Shown here in pieces: positions 1 to 8,417 of a stretch of 64,000 nucleotides of DNA (position 1 is the first letter of the stretch; the number at the start of each line of letters is the position of its first letter). The notes beneath the pieces were generated by a model. It saw nothing but the letters and a program-made list of their open reading frames with translations. It had not been told where the DNA came from and ran no database searches. The stretch comes from an uncultured virus (IMG/VR IMGVR_UViG_3300031787_000058) (lineage: Duplodnaviria > Heunggongvirae > Uroviricota > Caudoviricetes): the IMG/VR virus record IMGVR_UViG_3300031787_000058; one strand, 5' to 3'. The position numbers were made by a program, and so were the translations under genes.

Positions 1-62
1 GCTTATGGCTACGTTTGCTCGCGTTCAGATTGCCCGATACGGGTTACCTGTGGAGGTGCCGC

Positions 63-293
63 ATGACAACCCTACGCGAAGCCGCCCAGCAGGCGTTGGA
101 GGCGTTGCTTGACGACCCAAACAAACTGGTGCAAATCAGCGAGCATCACTGGGAAAGCAAGCGCGACCTAGCGGTAATCGCCCTCCACGCTGCGCTGGCA
201 GAGCCGGTGGGTGAAACGACGCTAGATGTCAGCGGCGCAACTTGTTTTTCTGCTACGCCAGCAAAGTGGCCAGTGAAGGAGGAGTCACGATGA
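63..293 (+). CDS. Small phage hypothetical protein (LREAAQQALEAL-type cassette family)
   Basis: GGAGGT SD before ATG63; ATGA overlap with next gene. Confidence 0.65.
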   Translation: MTTLREAAQQALEALLDDPNKLVQISEHHWESKRDLAVIALHAALAEPVGETTLDVSGATCFSATPAKWPVKEESR

Positions 294-592
294 CCTACGA
301 ATACACCGCATACGTTAGTAGCGGAAATGTTAATAGCGGAGAGGAAGTCCTGCGCGTTACCGCAGAAGGCGAATTCATTTGGAACGAAAACGCCGACGAG
401 ATGATTGCGTCTGGAGATTACAGCCAGTACCCGGCGCTGCGGCACGTCCTCAAGGCATTGCACGAGGAAAACGAACGGCTGCGGGATGCTGTAGCCGCCG
501 AGCGGGAGGCGTGTGCGAAGGTGTGTGATGGGTGGATGCACGCCAATGGAAATGATTGTGCCGAAGCGATTCGGGCGAGGGGTGAGACATGA
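290..592 (+). CDS. Phage hypothetical protein, AEREACAKVC...AIRARG family
   Basis: GGAG SD, ATGA coupling; C-terminus shares exact nucleotide blocks with 31299..31676. Confidence 0.75.
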   Translation: MTYEYTAYVSSGNVNSGEEVLRVTAEGEFIWNENADEMIASGDYSQYPALRHVLKALHEENERLRDAVAAEREACAKVCDGWMHANGNDCAEAIRARGET

Positions 593-768
593 AGCCTGAC
601 ACTTACCGGATCTTGCAGATGGCCGTGCGTGATGGGGCTGCGATTGGCTACCGCCGCGCTTTCAAACACAACGATGACCCGGATGACGAGCAGGTGATCG
701 ACGCCATTGAGCAGGCGGTCATGGCTCAGGTGTGTGAGTGGTTTCGGTTTGAGGGGATTAACGAATGA
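589..768 (+). CDS. Phage hypothetical protein (59 aa, MKPDTYRILQMAVRDG...)
   Basis: Translated by hand; ATGA overlaps at both ends; below the ORF-track cutoff. Confidence 0.7.
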   Translation: MKPDTYRILQMAVRDGAAIGYRRAFKHNDDPDDEQVIDAIEQAVMAQVCEWFRFEGINE

Positions 769-998
769 ATAACATGGACAAAATCAGCAAAGCAATAACC
801 CCAGATCATTACCAGGGAGAAGTAGAGTGTATTGATGCTCTACGAGTTTGCCTAAGTGCAGAAGAGTTCCAAGGGTATTGCAAAGGTAGTGCCATAGCTT
901 ATTTATGGCGACATGGAAAGAAAGATGACCCAGTTCAAGAAGCTGGAAAAGCCAGTTGGTACGTACAGTGGCTACGAAACATAGACCCTAGAGACTAA
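765..998 (+). CDS. DUF3310-like phage protein
   Basis: PDHY..ECID..F.GYCKG.AI.YLWR.GKK..KA.WY motif. Confidence 0.85.
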   Translation: MNNMDKISKAITPDHYQGEVECIDALRVCLSAEEFQGYCKGSAIAYLWRHGKKDDPVQEAGKASWYVQWLRNIDPRD

Positions 999-1001
999 TA
1001 A

Positions 1002-1313
1002 CTACTCCATAGACACGAGCATGTGGTGGAGGAGGTGGGACACCCTATCCACCAATGCCTCGTCTGCTGATAGCTGATAGTAACCAGCGACATCTAAAAC
1101 TGCATGTACGGCTTCATGCATGAAGACCTGTTGACGGTTAGTACCTTTCAAAGACGATAACAGTTCAATCCGATACCTGTCTGGCAACCACATACCGACA
1201 GTATTTGCCCCGTGCTTCCACTTACTCTTCGGGATATTTACTACTGTAATAGTATGACCGGCCAGGTTAAACTGCTTTGGAACTCCGTCCCCAACCCTAA
1301 TCTTCTCGGGCAT
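1002..1313 (-). CDS. Small HExxH zincin-like protein
   Basis: FMHEAVHA motif with a downstream acidic residue (DEALV); AGGAGG SD. Confidence 0.7.
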   Translation of the reverse strand: MPEKIRVGDGVPKQFNLAGHTITVVNIPKSKWKHGANTVGMWLPDRYRIELLSSLKGTNRQQVFMHEAVHAVLDVAGYYQLSADEALVDRVSHLLHHMLVSME

Positions 1314-1321
1314 ACAGCCTC

Positions 1322-1492
1322 CTAGGCGTCTTTTTTTAGCTCTTTAGGGTAGCGTGCCTTAACGTCCATGACACGCTGGCGCATCTCTTCAAGCGCTACG
1401 TCCCCTTTCCACAAAGCATCCAGTTGTTCCCGGATATCTGGGTACTCGTTCCTACGCAATTCTGCGTAATTTTGTTTAACTTGCAGCTTCAC
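1322..1492 (-). CDS. Tail-fibre-associated small protein (56 aa; YAELRRNEYPDIREQLDALW...VKARYPK)
   Basis: GTG start, translated by hand; homologous to the C-terminus of 58993..59316 (RRMAYPRIGDQLDALW...KDANPK). Confidence 0.7.
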   Translation of the reverse strand: MKLQVKQNYAELRRNEYPDIREQLDALWKGDVALEEMRQRVMDVKARYPKELKKDA

Positions 1493-1844
1493 AGGGCACC
1501 CGTACGGTCATGTTTAATAGCCTAACATGGGTAAGCACTACAGATACTAGTTCACTGTAGTCAACTTCTAGTTCTAACGAACCGTCGTTGACTTCTACCC
1601 ACTCCCCCTTAACAAGCGCTTTAGTTCCAACTGGCAAGTTGCTAACGAGGTTAGCAGAGATAGTAGGAATAAAGTGACGGCGGTACCCCATCCTATTGTT
1701 TTCAAAATCATACCAAACCGAATCGGGGTTTACATGCCCACTAATACGAACAACAGCTGGATATTCAGCCAGTTGTTCGTTGGCAATGTCTCCTTCAATG
1801 GCCATCGTACAGCGGCCAGTAGTATCGAATACTAAAACCGTCAT
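1476..1844 (-). CDS. Tail-associated hypothetical protein
   Basis: Coupled to the upstream fibre gene by ATGA overlap. Confidence 0.7.
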   Translation of the reverse strand: MTVLVFDTTGRCTMAIEGDIANEQLAEYPAVVRISGHVNPDSVWYDFENNRMGYRRHFIPTISANLVSNLPVGTKALVKGEWVEVNDGSLELEVDYSELVSVVLTHVRLLNMTVRVPCEAAS

Positions 1845-4800
1845 CTCTTAACCCCCATCACCGAGAGCGTAATATTTCTCAGATACGAAGAGTTACTACC
1901 TTGCCCTGGATTGCCGTCAACTAACCGAGTGCCAGAAACTACTTTAATCCGCACGTTCTGTAACGCCGTACCGGTGTACGTCATTGTAATGGGAAGAATA
2001 GCCTTAGTGTCACCACTATAAGTTCTAGTGCCAACACGTTGCTCGCCAATAAGCAGATACCCATTGCCGTCATACTTGTTCATCATCATAAACAGATGTT
2101 GGCCACAATCTAACGTGTGAGCGGCATCCATGGTTGCATAAAACACAAACTGACATGCGGCTGTAGTATCAACGCCGATGTTAATCTGCGGCGTTTCCAT
2201 AACCAACGTATCACCAGTAAACGTAGGCGTAGTATTTGTTTCCGTACGAGTATAGTCACCGTTGTTAGCGCCTACAAAGAAGTAGTCCTGAATACCAAAC
2301 CACGGATCGTAAACAAAAACGTAATCACCGTTACCAGTGCCAACGTAGTTATACGTGTACGACGGACCACCCCCAGTCATAACAATAGCGCTAGACACTA
2401 GTATGTCACCTGAGGTGTAGACCTGAGGAACTGTTATAGCTGCCCCAGCAATCTTCAACGTACTAACGGCTAAGTTATCGATCTTGGCGGTTTTTACCCC
2501 AAGGTCCGGAATATAAAGCCGATTGCGCCCAATAGAGCCATCGTAGTAACTATCAAGACTGACGTTGTCTACAGTGATCCTAGCAGCATCCAGCGACCCA
2601 GCAGTAATCTTTGCGGCATTTAGACTTGCAATTCTAGCGTCATCGATCTGGGCTAACCCGATCTTAGCGGTAGTAATAGTACCGTTTCGAATAACAGCAT
2701 CCGTTATATAGACACCAGGGTCTACAGGAACCCCGTTGATAGTAGTAGGGCTCGTCTGCACTATAAACGGAATAATCGTCGTCTGACCTGGCGACGCAAT
2801 TGAGAACCGATCAGCGCGAACAATAAACTCAGAACTTGGCGTCGCGTTATTAACAGTCGAAGCAAGGCCAAAGCCAGACACATACCCGTTCAGATCAACC
2901 TTTACGGTGTACTGCCCAAACAAAGTACCGTCAGCATTTGCACGCGCCGTAGCTTCAGCTTGAATGGCCGCTGTATTAGTGCCAACCGCAGCGTTAACTT
3001 GGTCGATGTACGAAGCTTGGGCTGTACCGTTAGGGAATATCTCGGTGGTTAACAAACTAACAGCGTTAGCTGTAGCCACAACACCCGTCGTAGGATTATT
3101 TACAGTACTCTGAAGAGCTGTAATTGAGTTACCTTGGGCTGTTATAGTCCCCTCAGCACTAGTCACACGAGTGTCTAACGCACTCAAAGCCGTCGACGAA
3201 GCCCTAGTAGCAAGACCCGTACTAGGGTCGTTAATTGTATTAGTAAGATTAGTAATCGACGACCCTTGAGACGTTATCGTGCCTTCAGCAGTAGACACAC
3301 GGCTATCTAAAGCACTTAAAGCCGCCGACGAAGCCCTAGTAGCAAGTCCAGTAGTAGGGTGGTTAATTGTATTAGTAAGACTAGTAATCGACGACCCTTG
3401 AGACGTTATCGTACTTTCAGCGGTAGTTACACGACTGTCTAAAGCACTTAATGCAGAAGATGAAGCCCTAGTAGCAAGTCCAGTAGTAGGGTCGTTAATT
3501 GTATTAGTAAGACTAGTAATCGACGCCCCTTGAGACGTTATAGTCCCCTCGGCACTAGTCACACGACTGTCTAAAGCACTTAATGCAGAAGATGAAGCCC
3601 TAGTAGCAAGTCCAGTCGTAGGGTGGTTAATTGTATTAGTAAGACTAGTAATCGACGTCCCTTGAGACGTTATAGTCCCCTCGGCACTAGTCACACGACT
3701 GTCTAAAGCAGTCAGGGCCGCCGACGAAGCCTTAGTAGCAAGACCCGTACTAGGATCGTTAATTGTATTAGTAAGACTAGTAATCGACGACCCTTGAGAC
3801 GTTATCGTACTTTCAGCGGTAGTTACACGACTGTCTAAAGCAGTCAGGGCCGCCGACGAAGCCCTAGTAGCAAGTCCAGTAGTAGGGTGGTCAATAGTGT
3901 TCTGCAGTGACGTGATAGACGTCGACTGCGAAGTGTTTACTCCCTCCGCTGCTGTTACACGGCTATCCAAAGCGCTTAATGCAGAAGACGAAGCCCTGGT
4001 AGAAAGACCGGTAGTAGGGTGATTTACAACATCGCTCAACGAAGTAATTGCTGAGCTATTTGATACTATGTTTCCTTCTGCAGTTGAAACTCTAGTAGTT
4101 AACGCTCCAAGCGCAGTAGAAGTAGCAACTACTCCAGTCGTTGGGTTCTCTACGGTACTCTTTAACCCCACAATTGCTTGCGCTGCTGCAGAAGTACTAT
4201 CCGATGTAATCGTGTTGATCTCAACGATTTTAGAACCGTTGTTTTTTACGATATCACCAACGTTTGTATACGTACCTAAAAACGTCCAAAACGTAGTGTT
4301 TGTCGGCAAGTTACCGGTAGTCGAACTTTTAGCCTCGTACAGGTTTCCGTTGTAGACAACAATCCCGCCTTTCTTGTAGGCAGTAGAGTTGTTGTACTCC
4401 ATGACGTCATCGAGTGAAGCAATAGAAGCCGAAATAGCTGCGGCTCTAGCAGTTGCTTCATTGTTTATTGCAGTCGCACGAGCAGAAGCTTCATTGCTTA
4501 TTGCAGTCGCACGAGCAGAAGCTTCTTGCGCTACACGCCATGCAACGGAGTTCGTTACTGCAGCACTAGCATCAATAAGGTCGATTCTATTTTTTAAATT
4601 ACTATACAACTGACTCTCAGTTATGGCGCCGGTAAGCACCGCTAACAAAGCGTCAACATCTACAGCAGTAACCGCTTGATCGCCATTTGCGGCTTGAAAC
4701 GGCCCTTGGATATCGTAAAGGGATACGTGCCGAGCCCAGTAGTAGTACGTCTTACCGCCACCTACAGGGTCTATGAACGAAATACCGGAGCTAATGCCAA

Positions 4801-5206
4801 CCAGCTGGGCATCACCAATAACGTCGGCCGTATGCCGCCAGATTTCTGTATGAGAATGAGGGCCGTAGTTAGGGTAGTCCCAGAAACACGTAATGATTGA
4901 GTAGCCGCCATTAGCCGAAAAATTAGTCGGCGCAGTGGGGGTACCATTTGCTGGCGGAGGCGGTGGAGGTGGCGGAGGAGCAGCGCTAACGTTAAACGGA
5001 TTGTTACCCAGCTCAACAGCTAGCCCAGAGTCAATCAGCTCGCGCAGCGTAATCGCCCTGTCCCTAGCGTCTCCACGCCTACCCAGACGGATATCTAAGG
5101 CTTCCGTTATGCTTTCAAGATAACGCCGAAGCGCTGGCGAAATATCTGCAGGCGGCTTAGAGAACCCAGGGACTTCTGTAGGGTTGTTAGTGCGTGCTTT
5201 ACTCAT
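1841..5206 (-). CDS. Tail fibre / host-specificity protein, GpJ/DUF1983-like, with 44-aa coiled-coil repeats
   Basis: FN3-like YYYWARHV segment; YTVKVD.NGYVSGFGL..SEFIVRADRF motif; I..AKI..L.A.KITAG segment. Confidence 0.85.
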   Translation of the reverse strand: MSKARTNNPTEVPGFSKPPADISPALRRYLESITEALDIRLGRRGDARDRAITLRELIDSGLAVELGNNPFNVSAAPPPPPPPPPANGTPTAPTNFSANGGYSIITCFWDYPNYGPHSHTEIWRHTADVIGDAQLVGISSGISFIDPVGGGKTYYYWARHVSLYDIQGPFQAANGDQAVTAVDVDALLAVLTGAITESQLYSNLKNRIDLIDASAAVTNSVAWRVAQEASARATAISNEASARATAINNEATARAAAISASIASLDDVMEYNNSTAYKKGGIVVYNGNLYEAKSSTTGNLPTNTTFWTFLGTYTNVGDIVKNNGSKIVEINTITSDSTSAAAQAIVGLKSTVENPTTGVVATSTALGALTTRVSTAEGNIVSNSSAITSLSDVVNHPTTGLSTRASSSALSALDSRVTAAEGVNTSQSTSITSLQNTIDHPTTGLATRASSAALTALDSRVTTAESTITSQGSSITSLTNTINDPSTGLATKASSAALTALDSRVTSAEGTITSQGTSITSLTNTINHPTTGLATRASSSALSALDSRVTSAEGTITSQGASITSLTNTINDPTTGLATRASSSALSALDSRVTTAESTITSQGSSITSLTNTINHPTTGLATRASSAALSALDSRVSTAEGTITSQGSSITNLTNTINDPSTGLATRASSTALSALDTRVTSAEGTITAQGNSITALQSTVNNPTTGVVATANAVSLLTTEIFPNGTAQASYIDQVNAAVGTNTAAIQAEATARANADGTLFGQYTVKVDLNGYVSGFGLASTVNNATPSSEFIVRADRFSIASPGQTTIIPFIVQTSPTTINGVPVDPGVYITDAVIRNGTITTAKIGLAQIDDARIASLNAAKITAGSLDAARITVDNVSLDSYYDGSIGRNRLYIPDLGVKTAKIDNLAVSTLKIAGAAITVPQVYTSGDILVSSAIVMTGGGPSYTYNYVGTGNGDYVFVYDPWFGIQDYFFVGANNGDYTRTETNTTPTFTGDTLVMETPQINIGVDTTAACQFVFYATMDAAHTLDCGQHLFMMMNKYDGNGYLLIGEQRVGTRTYSGDTKAILPITMTYTGTALQNVRIKVVSGTRLVDGNPGQGSNSSYLRNITLSVMGVKR
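3080..4150 (-). repeat. In-frame 132-bp (44-aa) tandem repeat, about 7 close copies plus degenerate flanks
   Basis: GCC(C/T)T(A/G)G core recurs at 3201, 3333, 3465, 3597, 3729, 3861, 3993; unit TINDPSTGLATRASSAALTALDSRVTSAEGTITSQGTSITSLTN. Confidence 0.95.
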
Positions 5207-6921
5207 GTGGCAGAAATCTCGTCCATGCTCTGAGCAAGGCAGACTTCATCGATATCAACCTCGCCAGAGACTTGTACTTCCCACACTTGGGCAACTTTCG
5301 CTGGAAGCCGCATCACAGGCTCACGTAATGATCCTGCTGAAACGCCGCTTGGCACAGTAACAGTCTGTGTATACACGTTAGCGGCAAACGACAGTGTATA
5401 GTGGGCCACCAAAGTACCATCGGCCCAGACTTTAACCTCTACCGGATAAGCCTGAGCCTTTACCGATACCCACCCCATGCTAAGAGGCTTCGGTAGGACC
5501 AGCTGCTTAGACTTCCACGTAAGCGTGCGCTTAGAGGTACCGCCGCGGTACTTCTGAATCTTGTTAGCTACAATCAGGTACAACTCACCGTCTTTAGGGT
5601 TCATGTACCCGCCACGCACTTCACCAACCGAAGTGATGTTGGAGATGGCGGCTTCTTCAGCTCGAGGGTCGAATACAAACCCTTTGTGGACCCCGCCAAC
5701 TGACCAGAACGCTACGTACGTGTTCTCGTACCGGAAGGCCCTAAACCCAGTAGGGTTAAAGTCCGCATTCCACTGTTTAGCGGTTATAAGCCCCTCGGTT
5801 ACAACGCGGCCTTCGCTACCACTTACGGCGCACAGACCGTCCGGCCCGGCATAAAGCAGGTAAGAACCCATATCGACAACGCTGTTGGTGTTAACACATG
5901 CCTGTGGCAGGTCGACACGAATAGCGGTCATTGCACTAGGATCAGTACCAGTGACAAAGTACGGAGTGCCATTGGTCAACGCTATAATGCCGTTGGCCAC
6001 TGCGCCTATGGCTACAATCGTTTCCTCGAGCGTTATGCGATAGTCAACCGGCCAAGCGTGAGGTAGAAACGGTTCACTGAGACATAACCGTTTGCCAGTG
6101 AACCCTGCAAACACACCGTTGGCCACGGCTATCAGACCCTTCATAGGGCCATCCGGGTAGAGGCTAGCGTTATCGTCTGGCGGGCCAATCCAAGATGCGC
6201 TTGGCAGGACTTCACCAAGACCCGCTGAAGGAGTTGTGTCCGAGTACGTAGTGGTAGCAATAGCCACCTGAGCCAGGAACTGAAACGCGCTGCTATTGGA
6301 ACCAGTGTTAGACCGATAGATACGCTTGTACGCACCGGTACCAAAGTTGTAGTTGCCGGTTGGCAGGTCGCCGCTAGGCATAGTTATGACTACAGTTTCG
6401 GTATCCGTACGCTCAAACTGCGTGCTAGGCGGGCTAGGCGGACCTTCTTCGCCAAACGCAGTAACGAACGTGTACACATAGGACACGTCATCTGGCGTTT
6501 GATCGGGGTTCACTGTACCGCTTTTAGAGGTCGTAGGAGCGTTAGCCGGAGCCGGTACACCCAGCCTATAGCTGTTTGCGGGGTAGCCCGCTCCGCCAGC
6601 CACGATCGTACTAACAGTACCCATGCGTGGATAGTTCTGACCAGTCCAGTACAACCTCGCTAGGGTGTCACCTGGAATTGGACCCGGAACAGCTTTTACA
6701 CCGTCCTGATCCCACTCAAGCCAGTTAGTGTCACGATAGAAATAAATAGACCGCCTAAGGCCGCTTTGCAGCGTAAAGGTGTCTACGTCGGTAGTGATAG
6801 GCGTAAGCCTACCGGAAGAAAAGTCTACGTTTTCGGCGATCTGTGCGAACTGATCCGCTAACAGACGAGGGGATACGCCGGGAGCTATGCCACTGAACCG
6901 ATCCCGCTTGAAGTAGGCCAT
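5203..6921 (-). CDS. Podovirus tail hub / stabilisation (nozzle-like) protein
   Basis: F.GI.P..S..LL..AQ.A.N N-terminus; YVYTFV..GEEGPPSP; SEPFLPHAWP; W.SK; homologous to 61757..63709. Confidence 0.8.
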   Translation of the reverse strand: MAYFKRDRFSGIAPGVSPRLLADQFAQIAENVDFSSGRLTPITTDVDTFTLQSGLRRSIYFYRDTNWLEWDQDGVKAVPGPIPGDTLARLYWTGQNYPRMGTVSTIVAGGAGYPANSYRLGVPAPANAPTTSKSGTVNPDQTPDDVSYVYTFVTAFGEEGPPSPPSTQFERTDTETVVITMPSGDLPTGNYNFGTGAYKRIYRSNTGSNSSAFQFLAQVAIATTTYSDTTPSAGLGEVLPSASWIGPPDDNASLYPDGPMKGLIAVANGVFAGFTGKRLCLSEPFLPHAWPVDYRITLEETIVAIGAVANGIIALTNGTPYFVTGTDPSAMTAIRVDLPQACVNTNSVVDMGSYLLYAGPDGLCAVSGSEGRVVTEGLITAKQWNADFNPTGFRAFRYENTYVAFWSVGGVHKGFVFDPRAEEAAISNITSVGEVRGGYMNPKDGELYLIVANKIQKYRGGTSKRTLTWKSKQLVLPKPLSMGWVSVKAQAYPVEVKVWADGTLVAHYTLSFAANVYTQTVTVPSGVSAGSLREPVMRLPAKVAQVWEVQVSGEVDIDEVCLAQSMDEISAT

Positions 6922-6928
6922 AGATACC

Positions 6929-7150
6929 TCACTTGAGCAGCAAGGTAACCAGAATCCCTGCCATGCTACAAATCAATGTGAAACCAATCAACAGGCCCCA
7001 GTTATTGATCTTCTCCACCCCCTCCTCGATCTTATTAAGCCTATCAAAGATGCCTTTAGATCTTTCTTCGCACATTACTTCGTGGGCGTTTAGCTTTGAA
7101 GCAATCTCCCAGTACCGCTCATCGGTAGAGGTGTATGTATCGGGGGCCAT
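6929..7150 (-). CDS. Small membrane protein (XhlA/holin-like)
   Basis: HE..C.ER coiled coil followed by one C-terminal TM helix. Confidence 0.6.
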   Translation of the reverse strand: MAPDTYTSTDERYWEIASKLNAHEVMCEERSKGIFDRLNKIEEGVEKINNWGLLIGFTLICSMAGILVTLLLK

Positions 7151-7214
7151 ATCTACTTACCCTGGTTAAGTGTGGAACCAGGGCCCCGCCGGGTGGCCAG
7201 CGGGGCCACCATAG

Positions 7215-7376
7215 TTACTCCGGATCTTTAGACGGGGCAGACGGGCTAAGCTGCTCCATTGCCTGCATCTGCAGTTTCTGGATAAGGCCCGCCACCGCTT
7301 CAAACGGCTGTTTGGCAAGCGCCCCAATGAGCAGATTAGCCTCAGCCTCGGTGATCTTAAAAGTTAAATCCTTCAT
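7215..7376 (-). CDS. Small conserved phage protein (53 aa, MKDLTFKITEAEANLLIGALAKQPF...)
   Basis: TAAGGAG SD; homologous to 63774..63965 and more weakly to 37481..37699. Confidence 0.8.
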   Translation of the reverse strand: MKDLTFKITEAEANLLIGALAKQPFEAVAGLIQKLQMQAMEQLSPSAPSKDPE

Positions 7377-7430
7377 TGCCAACTCCTTAGGAAAGACCCT
7401 GCATATACTATCACTGTAAAAGGCGCTGGG

Positions 7431-8015
7431 CTACGGCGCGGAGTCAATCTCAAATGTAATGGTGGCGGAGTCCAAAACACTGCCGGTCGAGGCCAGCCTG
7501 ATTTGTATGTCAAGCAGCCGGTGGGCGTATGCGTCCGTCACCGTAAGCCCCCAATCCCGGGTTGTTCCAAGATTCAACCAAGAGCCTGTCGAGCCGAGTT
7601 CCGTTCCAACGGTGCCGTACGGATTGCTGAACGTCGCGTAAACGTCAAACAAGGAGGCTGATCCAGACACCAGCCACTCCCCACTTATGTCTGTCAACAC
7701 TCCATTGCCGGTTAAACCATTTGTTTTCCTTGCGACCCCGGTAGATAACAGCTGGTAATAACCGGTGGCATTACCGCCGCCAACACCAGAATAAAGAAAG
7801 TTCAGCACGCTCTGGTTAGAAATGGCGACGCTTCCCACTGGCGTAGCTCGCTTAGAGTAAAACTCGTTAAACGAAATAGCGCCAGAGGAAAACGTTCCAG
7901 ACCCGCCTGCGTCGGTATACCAAGCGGTCCCACGGTACGCATTCAAGTTATTGCCGCGGCCAAACTCAGCGTTGATCTGCGACATACTGATTGCGCCAGA
8001 GGACTGTAAAGTCAT
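7431..8015 (-). CDS. Tail-fibre tip adhesin-like protein (gp38-type N-terminus)
   Basis: MTLQSSGAIS.SQI..EFG...AISF..FY N-terminal motif, downstream of a tail fibre. Confidence 0.65.
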   Translation of the reverse strand: MTLQSSGAISMSQINAEFGRGNNLNAYRGTAWYTDAGGSGTFSSGAISFNEFYSKRATPVGSVAISNQSVLNFLYSGVGGGNATGYYQLLSTGVARKTNGLTGNGVLTDISGEWLVSGSASLFDVYATFSNPYGTVGTELGSTGSWLNLGTTRDWGLTVTDAYAHRLLDIQIRLASTGSVLDSATITFEIDSAP

Positions 8016-8026
8016 TTAACCTTACC

Positions 8027-8407
8027 TCAGGCCGTAGGAGGAGGTACAGAGGCAACCGGATCGGGAGCCGGTACCCACGGAAGCGGCTTCTGCTCCATAG
8101 CAAGCCTCTCGGCTTCCTTGGCGACCACGTAGGCAATGTGAGCCTTTACGCCATCAAGAGTGGTCGGCATACCTTCGGCTACGGGCTCACCCTCAACCCA
8201 CGAAACAAGCTGCTCTTCGGTCAGGTTCGCAAAAGCAGTAAAGTTCTCAGGGTCTACACCGCTTAACTTAATGACAGTCGGGAGCGAGAACGTAGCCGCG
8301 CCGTCAGCTCCGGTAACCGTAACATCAATTTCTTTAACCACATCGACCAAACTACCTTCGCTCTTAACGCGAACGGCATTGATCTTGTACGAGTACGCAA
8401 TAGCCAT
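8027..8407 (-). CDS. Tail fibre chaperone-like conserved phage protein
   Basis: F..F..LTEEQ...WV...PLPW motif; position after the fibre. Confidence 0.65.
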   Translation of the reverse strand: MAIAYSYKINAVRVKSEGSLVDVVKEIDVTVTGADGAATFSLPTVIKLSGVDPENFTAFANLTEEQLVSWVEGEPVAEGMPTTLDGVKAHIAYVVAKEAERLAMEQKPLPWVPAPDPVASVPPPTA

Positions 8408-8417
8408 ATCAATCTCC

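Noticed and set aside
3080..4150. Tandem repeats as a CRISPR array
   Set aside because: In-frame 132-bp coding repeats without unique spacers
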